A stretch of DNA of 64,000 nucleotides from an uncultured Chlorobiota bacterium. Lineage in GTDB: Bacteria > Bacteroidota > Ignavibacteria > UBA10030 > UBA6906. The notes under the pieces were generated by a model that made no database searches, had not been told where the DNA came from, and was given only the letters and a program-made list of their open reading frames with translations. Below are positions 36,965 through 46,659 of the stretch, in pieces (positions within the stretch are counted from its first letter, which is position 1; each line of letters begins with the position of its first letter). Location: NCBI GenBank assembly GCA_900696645.1, contig CAADGV010000024.1, positions 64,912 through 128,911 on the forward strand, read 5' to 3'. Made by a program: the position numbers and the translations under genes.

Positions 36965-37695
36965 CGGGGGAACAACCGACGACCATACGGCAAATCATTG
37001 AAGCGTTGCTGTTTGCAACGGATGAGCCGCTCTCTGTCAAGGAAATGATCGCGATATTCGGTGAGTTTCAATCCGGCGAACTTCCGCTCAAACGCATCAC
37101 CGAACAGGTCATTCTTGATAGCATCGAACAGTTGAACAAGGAGTATGAATCCTCAGGACGCTCGATGCATATTGTGAGAGTGGCAGGCGGCTACCAGTTT
37201 GCCACGCTTCCGCTGTACGCGGAATGGCTCGGCAAGATGATGAAGGAAAAATCGAAACGAAAGCTCTCGCCGTCTGCCCTGGAGAGTCTTGCCGTAATCG
37301 CATACAAGCAGCCGGTCACCAAGCCTGAAATTGAGTCCATTCGCGGCGTCAATGCTGATTACATCATCCGTTCGCTGTTGGAGCGGAATATGATCACGAT
37401 TGTGGGAAGAGCCGCGACTCCCGGTCGTCCGTTGTTGTATGGCACGACAGCAGAATTCCTCAAACATTTCGGACTGAATGACCTGTCGGAACTTCCCAAG
37501 CCTCGTGAGATTGACGAACTATTGGCGGAAGCGGAGTTTGAAGTCGAGAAACAACTGTTGAAGGAACAGGAAGCGAAAGCCGCGGCCAACGAAGAGACGG
37601 ACGATGACGATGATGTCCGCATTGTCGTGAGTGAAGATGGAAGATTGCGTGAAGTTGATCCCGACGAGGGTACGGAGAAATCCGACCCCCACTGA
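36961..37695 (+). CDS. scpB: segregation and condensation protein B
   Basis: IIEALLFATDEPLS ScpB winged-helix N-terminus, acidic C-tail, 4-nt overlap with scpA. Confidence 0.8.
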   Translation: MTGEQPTTIRQIIEALLFATDEPLSVKEMIAIFGEFQSGELPLKRITEQVILDSIEQLNKEYESSGRSMHIVRVAGGYQFATLPLYAEWLGKMMKEKSKRKLSPSALESLAVIAYKQPVTKPEIESIRGVNADYIIRSLLERNMITIVGRAATPGRPLLYGTTAEFLKHFGLNDLSELPKPREIDELLAEAEFEVEKQLLKEQEAKAAANEETDDDDDVRIVVSEDGRLREVDPDEGTEKSDPH

Positions 37696-37735
37696 CTGAC
37701 AACGCCGTTCAGCCCGGTCCGTACGGAATCCTGCC

Positions 37736-38494
37736 ATGAAGAGAACTCTGAAACAAAGCCCTAAAGAACTCATCCGCATCAACCGCTACATCAGCATGTG
37801 TGGCGTGGCATCAAGACGCAAGGCGGATGACCTTGTGCTCGAAGGTAAGGTGGAAGTCAATGGCAAAGTGTTGAAAGATCTCGGCGCGAAGATCGACCCG
37901 CGCAGAGATAAAGTGTTTGTCGATGGCAAACAGGCTGCTCGAGTGCATGACTATCTCTACCTGGTCATGAACAAGCCCAAAGATGCCATCACAACTCTCA
38001 ACGACGAAAAAGGGAGAACAACGGTGATGAGTCTCGTGAAAACGAAACAGCGCGTCTATCCCATCGGCCGTCTTGATCGAAACACGACAGGCGTATTGCT
38101 GCTGACGAATGACGGCGAGTTTGCGCACCATTTGATGCATCCGAAATTCGAGATTCCGAAGTCGTATCAAGTTGCCTTGGAAACGCCGTTGACGCCGGAC
38201 CATGCTGCTCAACTCAGAAAAGGGGTGAAACTTCAGGACGGCAAGACTGCGCCCGCGGAAGTGTACATCATCCCTCATGGCAAGGGGAAAGATGTCGGCG
38301 TCACTATTCATGAAGGACGCAACCGGCAGGTACGCCGTATGTTCGAATCCCTCGGTTACGAAGTGAAGAAGCTCGACCGGGTTGCGTACGGGCCCGTTAC
38401 GAAGGAAGGGCTGAGCAGAGGCGAAGTACGCAGCTTAACCCGTCCCGAAATCCGAACACTGAAACAGATGGCAGGAATGCCTGAAGAATTCTGA
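37736..38494 (+). CDS. rluB: RluB/RsuA-family rRNA pseudouridine synthase
   Basis: S4 domain (RINRYISMCGVASRRKADDLV), catalytic motif PIGRLDRNTTGVLLLTNDG, 252 aa. Confidence 0.8.
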   Translation: MKRTLKQSPKELIRINRYISMCGVASRRKADDLVLEGKVEVNGKVLKDLGAKIDPRRDKVFVDGKQAARVHDYLYLVMNKPKDAITTLNDEKGRTTVMSLVKTKQRVYPIGRLDRNTTGVLLLTNDGEFAHHLMHPKFEIPKSYQVALETPLTPDHAAQLRKGVKLQDGKTAPAEVYIIPHGKGKDVGVTIHEGRNRQVRRMFESLGYEVKKLDRVAYGPVTKEGLSRGEVRSLTRPEIRTLKQMAGMPEEF

Positions 38495-38543
38495 TACATC
38501 CGCTCGTTGTACAGTTCATATTGGTTAAAGATTTGGAGAAACT

Positions 38544-40058
38544 TTGGAAGTAAAGCAGGAACATCAGGATATCAACGAACTCATACTTCGCCGTCGGGAA
38601 GAACTTGACGAACTGAAGAAGCTCGGCGTCAATCCCTATCCGTATCAGTTTCCGCGTAATGCATTCTCGAAGGAGATCATCGACTCGTTCAGGGACGATG
38701 CGCCGCAGAGAACTGTCGCTATAGCCGGTCGAATCATGTCCATCCGAAAGATGGGCAAAGCATCCTTCTGTCATATTCAAGATTCGCGGGGAAAAATTCA
38801 GATCTATCTGAAGAAGGATGATCTCGGCGCAATGTACGACGCGTTCAAGCTCTTCGACATCGGTGACATTGTTGGAGTAGAAGGTTTCGTCTTCAGAACG
38901 AAAATGGGCGAGGTTTCCGTTCATGCCCGGAAGATCGAGATGCTGGCGAAATCCCTCCGCCCGTTGCCGATAGCAAAAGAGACGAAAGACGAGCAAGGAA
39001 ACGTTGTCGTTCACGATCCGTTTTCAGACAAAGAACTACGCTACCGGCAACGCTATGTTGACCTGGTTGTCAACACGCAGGTGAGGGATGTGTTCATCAA
39101 ACGGTCGAAAATCATTTCGACCATGAGGACTTTCTTTGAGGAGAGGGGATATCTTGAAGTGGAAACCCCGATTCTTCAGCCGCAATACGGCGGAGCGTTC
39201 GCACGCCCGTTCACCACGCATCACAACACGTTGGATGTGCCGATGTATTTGCGTGTTGCAAACGAATTGTATCTGAAGCGACTGATTGTCGGCGGCTTCG
39301 ACGGTGTGTTTGAGTTTGCAAAGGATTTCCGCAATGAGGGAATGGACCGGACGCACAATCCTGAATTCACGATGCTTGAAGTATACGTTGCCTACAAGGA
39401 CTACGTCTGGATGATGGAAATGGTCGAGCAGGTGATCAGCCGGGTCGCGATGGCAATCAACGGCTCGATGAAAACTGTCGCGGGAAAGAGCGAAATTGAC
39501 TTCACTCCACCCTGGACACGGCTGACGATGTTTGATGCAATCGAAAAGTACACCGGAAAGAAACTCAGGGGAAAAAGCGAGGAACAACTCCGCCAAATTG
39601 CGAGAGAGATGCATCTCGATATTCCGCCCGGCGACGGTTCCGGCGCGATTATCGATGAGATTTTCAGTGAAAAGGTCGAGCATCATCTCATCCAACCGAC
39701 ATTCATCACCGACTATCCTCTCGAAATGTCGCCGTTGGCAAAGAAACACCGTTCGGAGGAGGGACTCGTCGAGCGATTTGAGGCAATTGTCAACGGGCAG
39801 GAAATCTGCAACGCATTCAGTGAGTTGAACGACCCGCTCGATCAGCGGGCCCGCTTTGAGGAACAGATGAAGGCTCGTGCCCGCGGACAAGAAGAAGTTC
39901 AGCCGCTCGATGAGGATTTCCTGCGGGCGCTCGAGTACGGCATGCCGCCGACAGCAGGACTCGGCATCGGCATTGATCGCCTGACGATGCTGCTTACCGG
40001 ACAGGAATCCATTCGCGACGTGATTTTCTTCCCGCAGATGAAGCCGGAGAAATCATGA
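38544..40058 (+). CDS. lysS: lysyl-tRNA synthetase, class II
   Basis: OB-fold anticodon-binding N-terminus, class II motifs ([19 protein letters not shown]), 504 aa. Confidence 0.9.
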   Translation: MEVKQEHQDINELILRRREELDELKKLGVNPYPYQFPRNAFSKEIIDSFRDDAPQRTVAIAGRIMSIRKMGKASFCHIQDSRGKIQIYLKKDDLGAMYDAFKLFDIGDIVGVEGFVFRTKMGEVSVHARKIEMLAKSLRPLPIAKETKDEQGNVVVHDPFSDKELRYRQRYVDLVVNTQVRDVFIKRSKIISTMRTFFEERGYLEVETPILQPQYGGAFARPFTTHHNTLDVPMYLRVANELYLKRLIVGGFDGVFEFAKDFRNEGMDRTHNPEFTMLEVYVAYKDYVWMMEMVEQVISRVAMAINGSMKTVAGKSEIDFTPPWTRLTMFDAIEKYTGKKLRGKSEEQLRQIAREMHLDIPPGDGSGAIIDEIFSEKVEHHLIQPTFITDYPLEMSPLAKKHRSEEGLVERFEAIVNGQEICNAFSELNDPLDQRARFEEQMKARARGQEEVQPLDEDFLRALEYGMPPTAGLGIGIDRLTMLLTGQESIRDVIFFPQMKPEKS

Positions 40059-42568
40059 GTCGCGTTTTTTTATTCCTTGCATGTCTCTCATTCGTCTCGC
40101 AATCATTTGCCGGCACAAACGGCATCCTCGAAGGTGTTGTGCGTGATAAGAAAACAAACGAGAAACTTCCCGGCGTTATTGTTCTGGTTGTCGGAACACA
40201 ACAGGGCTCAACCAGCGATGTCGAGGGATATTTTCAGGTACAGAATATCCGGGCCGGCACGTATGATATCCGATTCAGCCACGTCGGCTATCAAACACTG
40301 ATCGTAAAGAATGTCGTCATCAATCCGGACTTGCGCACGAAGCTGAATCCCCAACTTGATGCGGCCGATGTTCAAATGAATGAGATCATTGTTATTCAAG
40401 AAAGACCGCCGATACAACGTGACGTTACCGGAACAACATTCTCATTCAGCAGCGAAGACGTAACGCTTCTGCCCGTTACCAAAGTTGCGGATGTCGTTAC
40501 CTATAAAGCGGGCGTGACGGCCGAGGGAAATATCAGGGGGGGGAAAACGACCGAAGTTGTGTATCTCGTTGACGGGCTTCCCGTGCAGGATGTTCTTTCG
40601 GGAGGATTAAAAACCGAGTTGCCCAACAGTTCGATTTCGGGACTAAGCTTGTACACCGGCGGCTTTGAACCCGAATACGGCAATGCACTTTCCGGCGTTG
40701 TGAACATTGTCACTAAAACCGGAACAGAGGATCATCGCTTTCTGGTCAAGGGCTCGAAAGATAACTTGTTCGGCGGAAAGCAATCCAGCAAGACGAATGA
40801 GATAGAAATTGCTGCTTCAGGGCCTGTTCTGGAGGAAAAACTCTATTACTTCGCATCCGGCAGCGGCGTTCTTTCCGATACACGGTGGTGGCAGGACTTG
40901 CAGCATTTCTTCAAGAGTCCCGTCGAAAAATCTTTCAGCGGGTTCGGCAAATTGGATTACATTGTTTCGCCCAGCATGCGGTTCGGCGTTCAACTCCTGT
41001 ATGCTGATCGTGATTGGCGTGATTATGAATTCAACTGGCGCTACAACCTTGCGGGATTGCCGCCGCAACACAGGACATCGTACAGATTAGCGGCTATTCT
41101 TTCTCAAACTCTTTCCGACAATTTCTTTTATACAGCAAGTCTCAGCCGGTTCTCCCTCAAATCACAAATCGGTGGAGGCTCGAAAGAGAGTATTCCTGCG
41201 GATGATCCTTACCAGTACGATTTCTATCTGCAGTACATTGTAAGTGGGCAACGGGCGTGGTGGAGCAGAACCGAGCAGGAAAATTACACGGCGAAGTTCG
41301 ACGCCACCTACAAGGTGAGCAGCGCGCATCTGCTGAAAGTGGGGGCTGAGATGAATTTCTACGACGTGAACTCCGATATTGTGAAGTACGAGCCGCGCAA
41401 AACCTTTTTCGGAAAACCGCTTGTCAATGAGCCGCAGTTGAATTTCAGTTCTTCCTACAATTACAAACCGAGAACGGGGGCGGTGTACATACAAGACAAG
41501 TATGATGTACCGGAAAGCGGCATACTTCTCAATTTCGGCGTTCGGTATGATTTCCTCGACCCGACGGCAAGCAGACCGGCGATTGAGGCAATTCCGTCGA
41601 GCGACACGGCATTCACGTTTGCCATTAAGCAGGATGTTCCGGCAAAGTTGAAGCAACAGTTCAGTCCGCGCATCGGCGCGGCAACACAGCTTGCGGAAAA
41701 CGGCTATCTCTTTCTCAATATCGGCTGGTATTTCCAGTATCCGCTGTTCGATTATCTCTACAGCGGATTGGATCGTGTTTCGATCGCCCGCGGGCTGAGT
41801 GCCGTAACAGGTAATCCCGATCTTGAACCCGAACGAACAAAATCATACGAGATCAGCGTGAAGTATAGTTTCGACTACAATATCGTTGGTTCTATAACGT
41901 ACTTCAAAAAGGAGACGACGAATCTCATCGATACAAAAACATTCGTGCCCGGCGACAGTAAACTTGCCGGCACGTACGGTTTTGCAGAGTACGTGAACAC
42001 ACCATTTGCGGACGCTTCGGGATTTGAAATTATCATCAGCCGTGACCGGGGGGATTGGATTACAGGCGAAGTGTCCTACACCTTCATGACGGCCGAGGGA
42101 GTTAGCGGCAGTGCCGATGACGGATTCTACATTGCGCAATTCGGGCTTCCTCCTGCAACGCGTGTGTATCCGCTCAGTTGGGATCAGCGTCACACATTCA
42201 AGGCAACGGCCTCGCTGGCATTGCCATGGGATTTCACGTTCAATCTTTTTGCGCAATATCATTCCGGCAGACCGTACACGAATTATCCCACCGCGACCGG
42301 ATTCGAGCCTGTGAGTCAAAAGGCATTCTCGCAAAACAACAGCCGGATGCCGCGCTATTTCAACCTTGATCTTCGGGCGACGCAACGGCTAAAATTCGAC
42401 TGGTGGCCGAATTCGTTGATCAGCCTGTACTTGGACGTTCGCAACGTGTTCAATGAGAACAATGTGAAATGGATCGATTCCAACGGCCGAATCGGCGGCG
42501 AGCTAAGTGATCCGGGCGGATATTACATCGGAAGAAGAACAACCTTGGGAATGCAAGTTGACTTTTAG
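40055..42568 (+). CDS. TonB-dependent outer-membrane receptor with N-terminal carboxypeptidase-regulatory-like domain
   Basis: signal peptide, CarbopepD_reg-like beta-sandwich, plug, long beta-barrel with C-terminal aromatic residue (QVDF); 4-nt overlap with lysS. Confidence 0.75.
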   Translation: MSRVFLFLACLSFVSQSFAGTNGILEGVVRDKKTNEKLPGVIVLVVGTQQGSTSDVEGYFQVQNIRAGTYDIRFSHVGYQTLIVKNVVINPDLRTKLNPQLDAADVQMNEIIVIQERPPIQRDVTGTTFSFSSEDVTLLPVTKVADVVTYKAGVTAEGNIRGGKTTEVVYLVDGLPVQDVLSGGLKTELPNSSISGLSLYTGGFEPEYGNALSGVVNIVTKTGTEDHRFLVKGSKDNLFGGKQSSKTNEIEIAASGPVLEEKLYYFASGSGVLSDTRWWQDLQHFFKSPVEKSFSGFGKLDYIVSPSMRFGVQLLYADRDWRDYEFNWRYNLAGLPPQHRTSYRLAAILSQTLSDNFFYTASLSRFSLKSQIGGGSKESIPADDPYQYDFYLQYIVSGQRAWWSRTEQENYTAKFDATYKVSSAHLLKVGAEMNFYDVNSDIVKYEPRKTFFGKPLVNEPQLNFSSSYNYKPRTGAVYIQDKYDVPESGILLNFGVRYDFLDPTASRPAIEAIPSSDTAFTFAIKQDVPAKLKQQFSPRIGAATQLAENGYLFLNIGWYFQYPLFDYLYSGLDRVSIARGLSAVTGNPDLEPERTKSYEISVKYSFDYNIVGSITYFKKETTNLIDTKTFVPGDSKLAGTYGFAEYVNTPFADASGFEIIISRDRGDWITGEVSYTFMTAEGVSGSADDGFYIAQFGLPPATRVYPLSWDQRHTFKATASLALPWDFTFNLFAQYHSGRPYTNYPTATGFEPVSQKAFSQNNSRMPRYFNLDLRATQRLKFDWWPNSLISLYLDVRNVFNENNVKWIDSNGRIGGELSDPGGYYIGRRTTLGMQVDF

Positions 42569-43178
42569 ACTAAGATATTTGCCGGCATTCCTGCTCGTGA
42601 TGCTGGCTTTCGGAGGCTGTGATGAATCGTTGCCGCCGCGTATCGAACCTGAAAGGTTTCTCAAGGCATCAGTCTATGTCGCTCCGAACAGCGTCGTGAA
42701 TGTGTTCATCGATTCGAATGCATCGGGTTTCCCGATTACGATTAACGGCTCGTCCGGGAGTCTCGGCCTTGTTCTCAAGAGTTTCTTCAATGAAGTCTTG
42801 GAGGATAAGCCCTTCATCAAAGGCGAGATTGATGTATGGTTGACAAGCCAGCCGACGATACGAACCTCAGTGTTACTAACGGAGATCAATGTTGATTATC
42901 CGTACATCGAACCGGGCGGATTTCTCACACTTTTGCCGGGTGACTCGGTGTCGATGTCGAAACAATGGAACCACATCGCAGACGTCGGAAGAGGGTTTTG
43001 GAATTTTGTCCAGTTGCGGGGAAGGGTGGATGGAACCGGGCGGTTCTATTTCGAATCGGCGCCGGTACGGTTTACTGCAACTGCCTCAATGCAGATCTAT
43101 GAGAATGTTCCCGCCGAAAAAACCGCGGCGTACGAATTCGAACTCATCTATCATGTGTATGTCCGCTACCCGCCGTAG
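42507..43178 (+). CDS. lipoprotein of unknown function downstream of the TonB-dependent receptor
   Basis: lipobox AFGGC after a short hydrophobic segment; start uncertain (ATG 42507 overlaps the receptor by 62 nt; alternative in-frame TTG 42579). Confidence 0.4.
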   Translation: MIRADITSEEEQPWECKLTFRLRYLPAFLLVMLAFGGCDESLPPRIEPERFLKASVYVAPNSVVNVFIDSNASGFPITINGSSGSLGLVLKSFFNEVLEDKPFIKGEIDVWLTSQPTIRTSVLLTEINVDYPYIEPGGFLTLLPGDSVSMSKQWNHIADVGRGFWNFVQLRGRVDGTGRFYFESAPVRFTATASMQIYENVPAEKTAAYEFELIYHVYVRYPP

Positions 43179-43184
43179 CCTTCG

Positions 43185-46100
43185 CTAAAACCCGTTAGGG
43201 TTTTCCTTTCCCTGTATCACGATGAGCTTCAGTGTCTTCGTCGCGCCGAATTCCGGCAACTCGATGTGGGCGATGTACACACCGCTGCCAACTTGCAGCC
43301 CGAATTCATTCTGTAAATCCCACTCAACAAACTGCGAGCCTTCTGCTCCGTCGTCCTTCACCAGCGTTCGTACAAGCTGCCCCGCAAGATTGAAGACGCG
43401 GATCGTCGCCTTCGCAGGAAGCCGGGTGAACGTCACGCGGCGTTTCGATAATCCTGTCGGCGTAACGGCTTCTCCGTAGTAGGGATTGGGAACAACGTTG
43501 ATTGCAGCAATATCAGCGCGGATTTGATTCTTATCGTTGAAAACAGGGCCTTGCGGCGTTATTTCTTTGATGTCACCGTGCCTGATTTCATGGAATTTGA
43601 TGAACTTGATCACAGTTCCTACAGGAGGAGGTAGGCCGTCGTTGTCTTTGTCGGCGATCTGAATTCCCCACAAAGCATTCCCTTGCTCATCGGGACTTTG
43701 TGATGCTCTGAAGACTTCCGTCAGAAGGCCTGATACTCCTATCGAATCATTTCCGCCAACCGGATAGCGAATATCCGTAACGTGAATCGGCTCGAAGATC
43801 TTGAACAGCGTGTCCGTGTACAGCACGCCGTACGGCGTCACGTTCCACGTGTCGGGAGTATTACCCGAATCCCTAAACGACGCAATTACCTGAACCGGAA
43901 CATCATCCGGTCCGCGCCCGACATCCCACACCGAAAACGGAACCTTCACTGCCTTCGATTGGATATTGAGAACAATCATCCGCACAGCATAACTTCCCAC
44001 ACCGTCAAACCTGATCTCATAATCCCGCTGCGTAGTGCCGACACCGTTCAACGAGCGAAGTGTTCGCCGCTGACTGAGAACCGTGTAGTTCGAATTCGGA
44101 TTGTCGGGGCCGTACGCGTTGTTGCCCCGTTCATCCAGCACATAGCGCAACCCTACGGGCGGAATGCCGATTGTGACATCAAATCCCCCTTCTGCAACCT
44201 TATAAGGAACCCTGCCGCTGAGGTCGGTAATGTTGGAGTAGATGGATTTTCCGCTTGTGGCGTTGATGATGCTCCACTTGTACGATTTGCTTGATGTTGT
44301 TGTGTCGAAACGAACATGATACGAGCTACCAGTTTGCCCCCGCGGATTGTAGATAACAGGAACAACAACCGCGTCGCTGTTGCCGACGATATTCTTGACG
44401 AGAACCGTATCTCCAACATTGTAGGGGTAGAGGGCTCCAGGCGTTTTTGATTGGGGGATGACAGTGATAATCTCAGGGGCACTTTCTATACTGCGGATGA
44501 TGGTTGTGTTATCCGTTGTGTAGTTGTAGGCCGTTACCGCAAAATGGTACTGCTGGCCGTTGACAAGCGATCTGTTCCAGATTGCATCCTGAGTGATCAG
44601 CAGACTCCGCTGAATGCCGCTATCAGTTCCGTATTGTACAGGCCTGAAGTAGATATCGCCTGCCTGTTCATCAAACACTTCTTGAGAAATGGTTTTGACA
44701 TTATTTGCGAGATCAAACGTTACAAGTCGCTTCGCGTTCGTCAGATCCGTTGCACCATCGGGGACCTGATATATATTGTATCCCTCAAACCTGTATCCTC
44801 CGAAGAGGAGAGGGACTTCGGTTTCGGCAATGCTCGCCGAATCCAAACTCCAATCCAGCAATACCTGCCGGTCAAGTCCGAATGCCTTGACCTTCGGCGG
44901 GGCCGGGGCTTTCGGCTGATTGAAGCCGTTGTTGTAAGCGAGTTGCGCCGCTTTGTCGTTGTACTTCATGACTTTGATGCTGGAGATGTTGTCGGTTCCC
45001 AGCCCGCCGACAACAGCAAGCACAACCTCCTGTGTGTCGCCCAACGCCATTGTGAAGGGACCCGACGAGAGCGTAACTTCCCTGTCTCCGGGAAGCAGCG
45101 GCGATCCATCAAGCCAGCCGTAATTCAGAACCGGGTCGCCGTGAGCCCAATACTTCGAGGCTGTTTGAGTTGTCGGATTGATAAGCGGAGCAGGATCCGG
45201 CGGCCCGACAGGTGACGGCGGCAACCCGCGGAGTACCTGATACCATCCATTCGCCGCAAAATTCCCGCCTCCCGGTGGTTGATAGCGTGAACCATTTCGT
45301 ACATGCCGGTCGTAATAAACGAATGATGTCATCGGGAGATTGATGTAGCCCGGACCTTTTGTTTTCAGATTGACGATGGCAAAATCCGACGCGTCATCAA
45401 TTCCATTCTTATTCCGATCCTGACCTGCAACACCGGGAACTACAGGGCCATGAATGAAATCAAAACCAACTGCCGGAGGAGGAAGGAGGAAGTTGTTGAA
45501 CAAACGATCTGTTACGGCAGCGTTGTACACATAGCCAAGATTCAGCAGCGTATCGCAAGCGGCATAATCGTCGGTGGCGTCGCCGATATCCGGGTCCGAC
45601 ATTTGCGCGATGTACATGCTGTCGATCCGGGCCGCGGCAGACGTTGATGACAAGCCTTTGTAAATGAGCCGGAACCGCTTGTACACGACGTTCGCCAATG
45701 CGTCTGTACGGTTGTAGCCCCAGACTGTTCCCTGCAACTCCATACCGACGGGCTGTGAAGAGAACGGCCGCGAAGCAATCACGTCGTTACATACATACCA
45801 CAATACCATATCGGCATCGGCGTAACCGGGAGTCTCGCCATCGAGTTTGCCATTGCGGTTCAGGTCTTCGCCGGGGTCAAGCACACCGTTGCGGTTGACA
45901 TCTTCGCCCCAATCAAGCACGCCATTGTTTGCGCCGACAAGCTGGCCGTTCTGATCAAGATAGCCGGTGTCATAAAACGGAGCGCCGAATTCCCACGGCC
46001 ATTCCGCCCAATCCTTTTGGTAGGCGTTCCGAAGCGCGATGATGTCGGCTGTTGTCACGTTAGTTGGGATTTTTCGGTAGGTTTCTGCCGCATCCTGCCG

Positions 46101-46529
46101 CAAATCTGTTTTACGAAAATCGCGCCGAATTCTATACATGCGAACAGTACTGTCATTAGGATTCTGCACGCTGCTTGTCCGAAGTCCGAGAATTGCTCCC
46201 TGCCGCATTCCGCTTGTGAAGTACTGTCCGTTCACGTGAAGCCGGTTGATGTTGCCGTCACGCAATCTTCCTCCCCAAATCAGTCCCGAGGCAAACACAA
46301 TGTTCGATGTTCCTTTCGGGTAGAACATCCCTGCGCCGGAGAACAGGCCGCCGGGATATTCCTGATTGCCGTTTGAATTGTACCATCCGATCATTCTGTT
46401 GATGTTCAACGGAACAATTGTCGGAGTGCCGGCAATCCCCTCAGTCCCCGTCGGCAGAAATGGTTTGTCTTGCGAGATAAGAGTGAACGGCAGGATGAAC
46501 ACTACAGCTACAACAAGTAATCGCTTCAT
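43185..46529 (-). CDS. large secreted protein (1114 aa) with a T9SS C-terminal sorting domain
   Basis: signal peptide MKRLLVVAVVFILPF; calcium-binding-like D-rich repeats (DWGEDVNRNGVLDPGEDLNRNGKLDGE); C-terminal ~80 aa match the Por/T9SS CTD pattern (ATIRVFNLAGQLVRTL...GSGVYIAHIEL...KLIVIQ). Confidence 0.7.
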   Translation of the reverse strand: MKRLLVVAVVFILPFTLISQDKPFLPTGTEGIAGTPTIVPLNINRMIGWYNSNGNQEYPGGLFSGAGMFYPKGTSNIVFASGLIWGGRLRDGNINRLHVNGQYFTSGMRQGAILGLRTSSVQNPNDSTVRMYRIRRDFRKTDLRQDAAETYRKIPTNVTTADIIALRNAYQKDWAEWPWEFGAPFYDTGYLDQNGQLVGANNGVLDWGEDVNRNGVLDPGEDLNRNGKLDGETPGYADADMVLWYVCNDVIASRPFSSQPVGMELQGTVWGYNRTDALANVVYKRFRLIYKGLSSTSAAARIDSMYIAQMSDPDIGDATDDYAACDTLLNLGYVYNAAVTDRLFNNFLLPPPAVGFDFIHGPVVPGVAGQDRNKNGIDDASDFAIVNLKTKGPGYINLPMTSFVYYDRHVRNGSRYQPPGGGNFAANGWYQVLRGLPPSPVGPPDPAPLINPTTQTASKYWAHGDPVLNYGWLDGSPLLPGDREVTLSSGPFTMALGDTQEVVLAVVGGLGTDNISSIKVMKYNDKAAQLAYNNGFNQPKAPAPPKVKAFGLDRQVLLDWSLDSASIAETEVPLLFGGYRFEGYNIYQVPDGATDLTNAKRLVTFDLANNVKTISQEVFDEQAGDIYFRPVQYGTDSGIQRSLLITQDAIWNRSLVNGQQYHFAVTAYNYTTDNTTIIRSIESAPEIITVIPQSKTPGALYPYNVGDTVLVKNIVGNSDAVVVPVIYNPRGQTGSSYHVRFDTTTSSKSYKWSIINATSGKSIYSNITDLSGRVPYKVAEGGFDVTIGIPPVGLRYVLDERGNNAYGPDNPNSNYTVLSQRRTLRSLNGVGTTQRDYEIRFDGVGSYAVRMIVLNIQSKAVKVPFSVWDVGRGPDDVPVQVIASFRDSGNTPDTWNVTPYGVLYTDTLFKIFEPIHVTDIRYPVGGNDSIGVSGLLTEVFRASQSPDEQGNALWGIQIADKDNDGLPPPVGTVIKFIKFHEIRHGDIKEITPQGPVFNDKNQIRADIAAINVVPNPYYGEAVTPTGLSKRRVTFTRLPAKATIRVFNLAGQLVRTLVKDDGAEGSQFVEWDLQNEFGLQVGSGVYIAHIELPEFGATKTLKLIVIQGKENPNGF

Positions 46530-46659
46530 TCGTTGATGAGTATTTGAGAATCGGGTTTTGCCGGTGATTCAATGTACGCACACAACGAAAAAGTTGCAAT
46601 GAACGTGGTTGCATCTCAGATGATTCTTTTGTTGTTTTTCGGAGTCGTTTTTGTAACGA

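Noticed and set aside
43782-45215. Two long plus-strand ORFs (170 and 254 aa) inside the T9SS cargo gene
   Set aside because: They are antisense to a 1114-aa ORF with signal peptide and CTD, are Arg-rich and have no motifs. These are typical shadow ORFs.
46530-46659. Paired GTTGCA direct repeats (gttgcaatgaacgtggttgcat) in the divergent region between the T9SS cargo gene and GH57
   Set aside because: The repeats are too short and not duplicated elsewhere in the window. They are mentioned under the cargo finding but not called as a feature.
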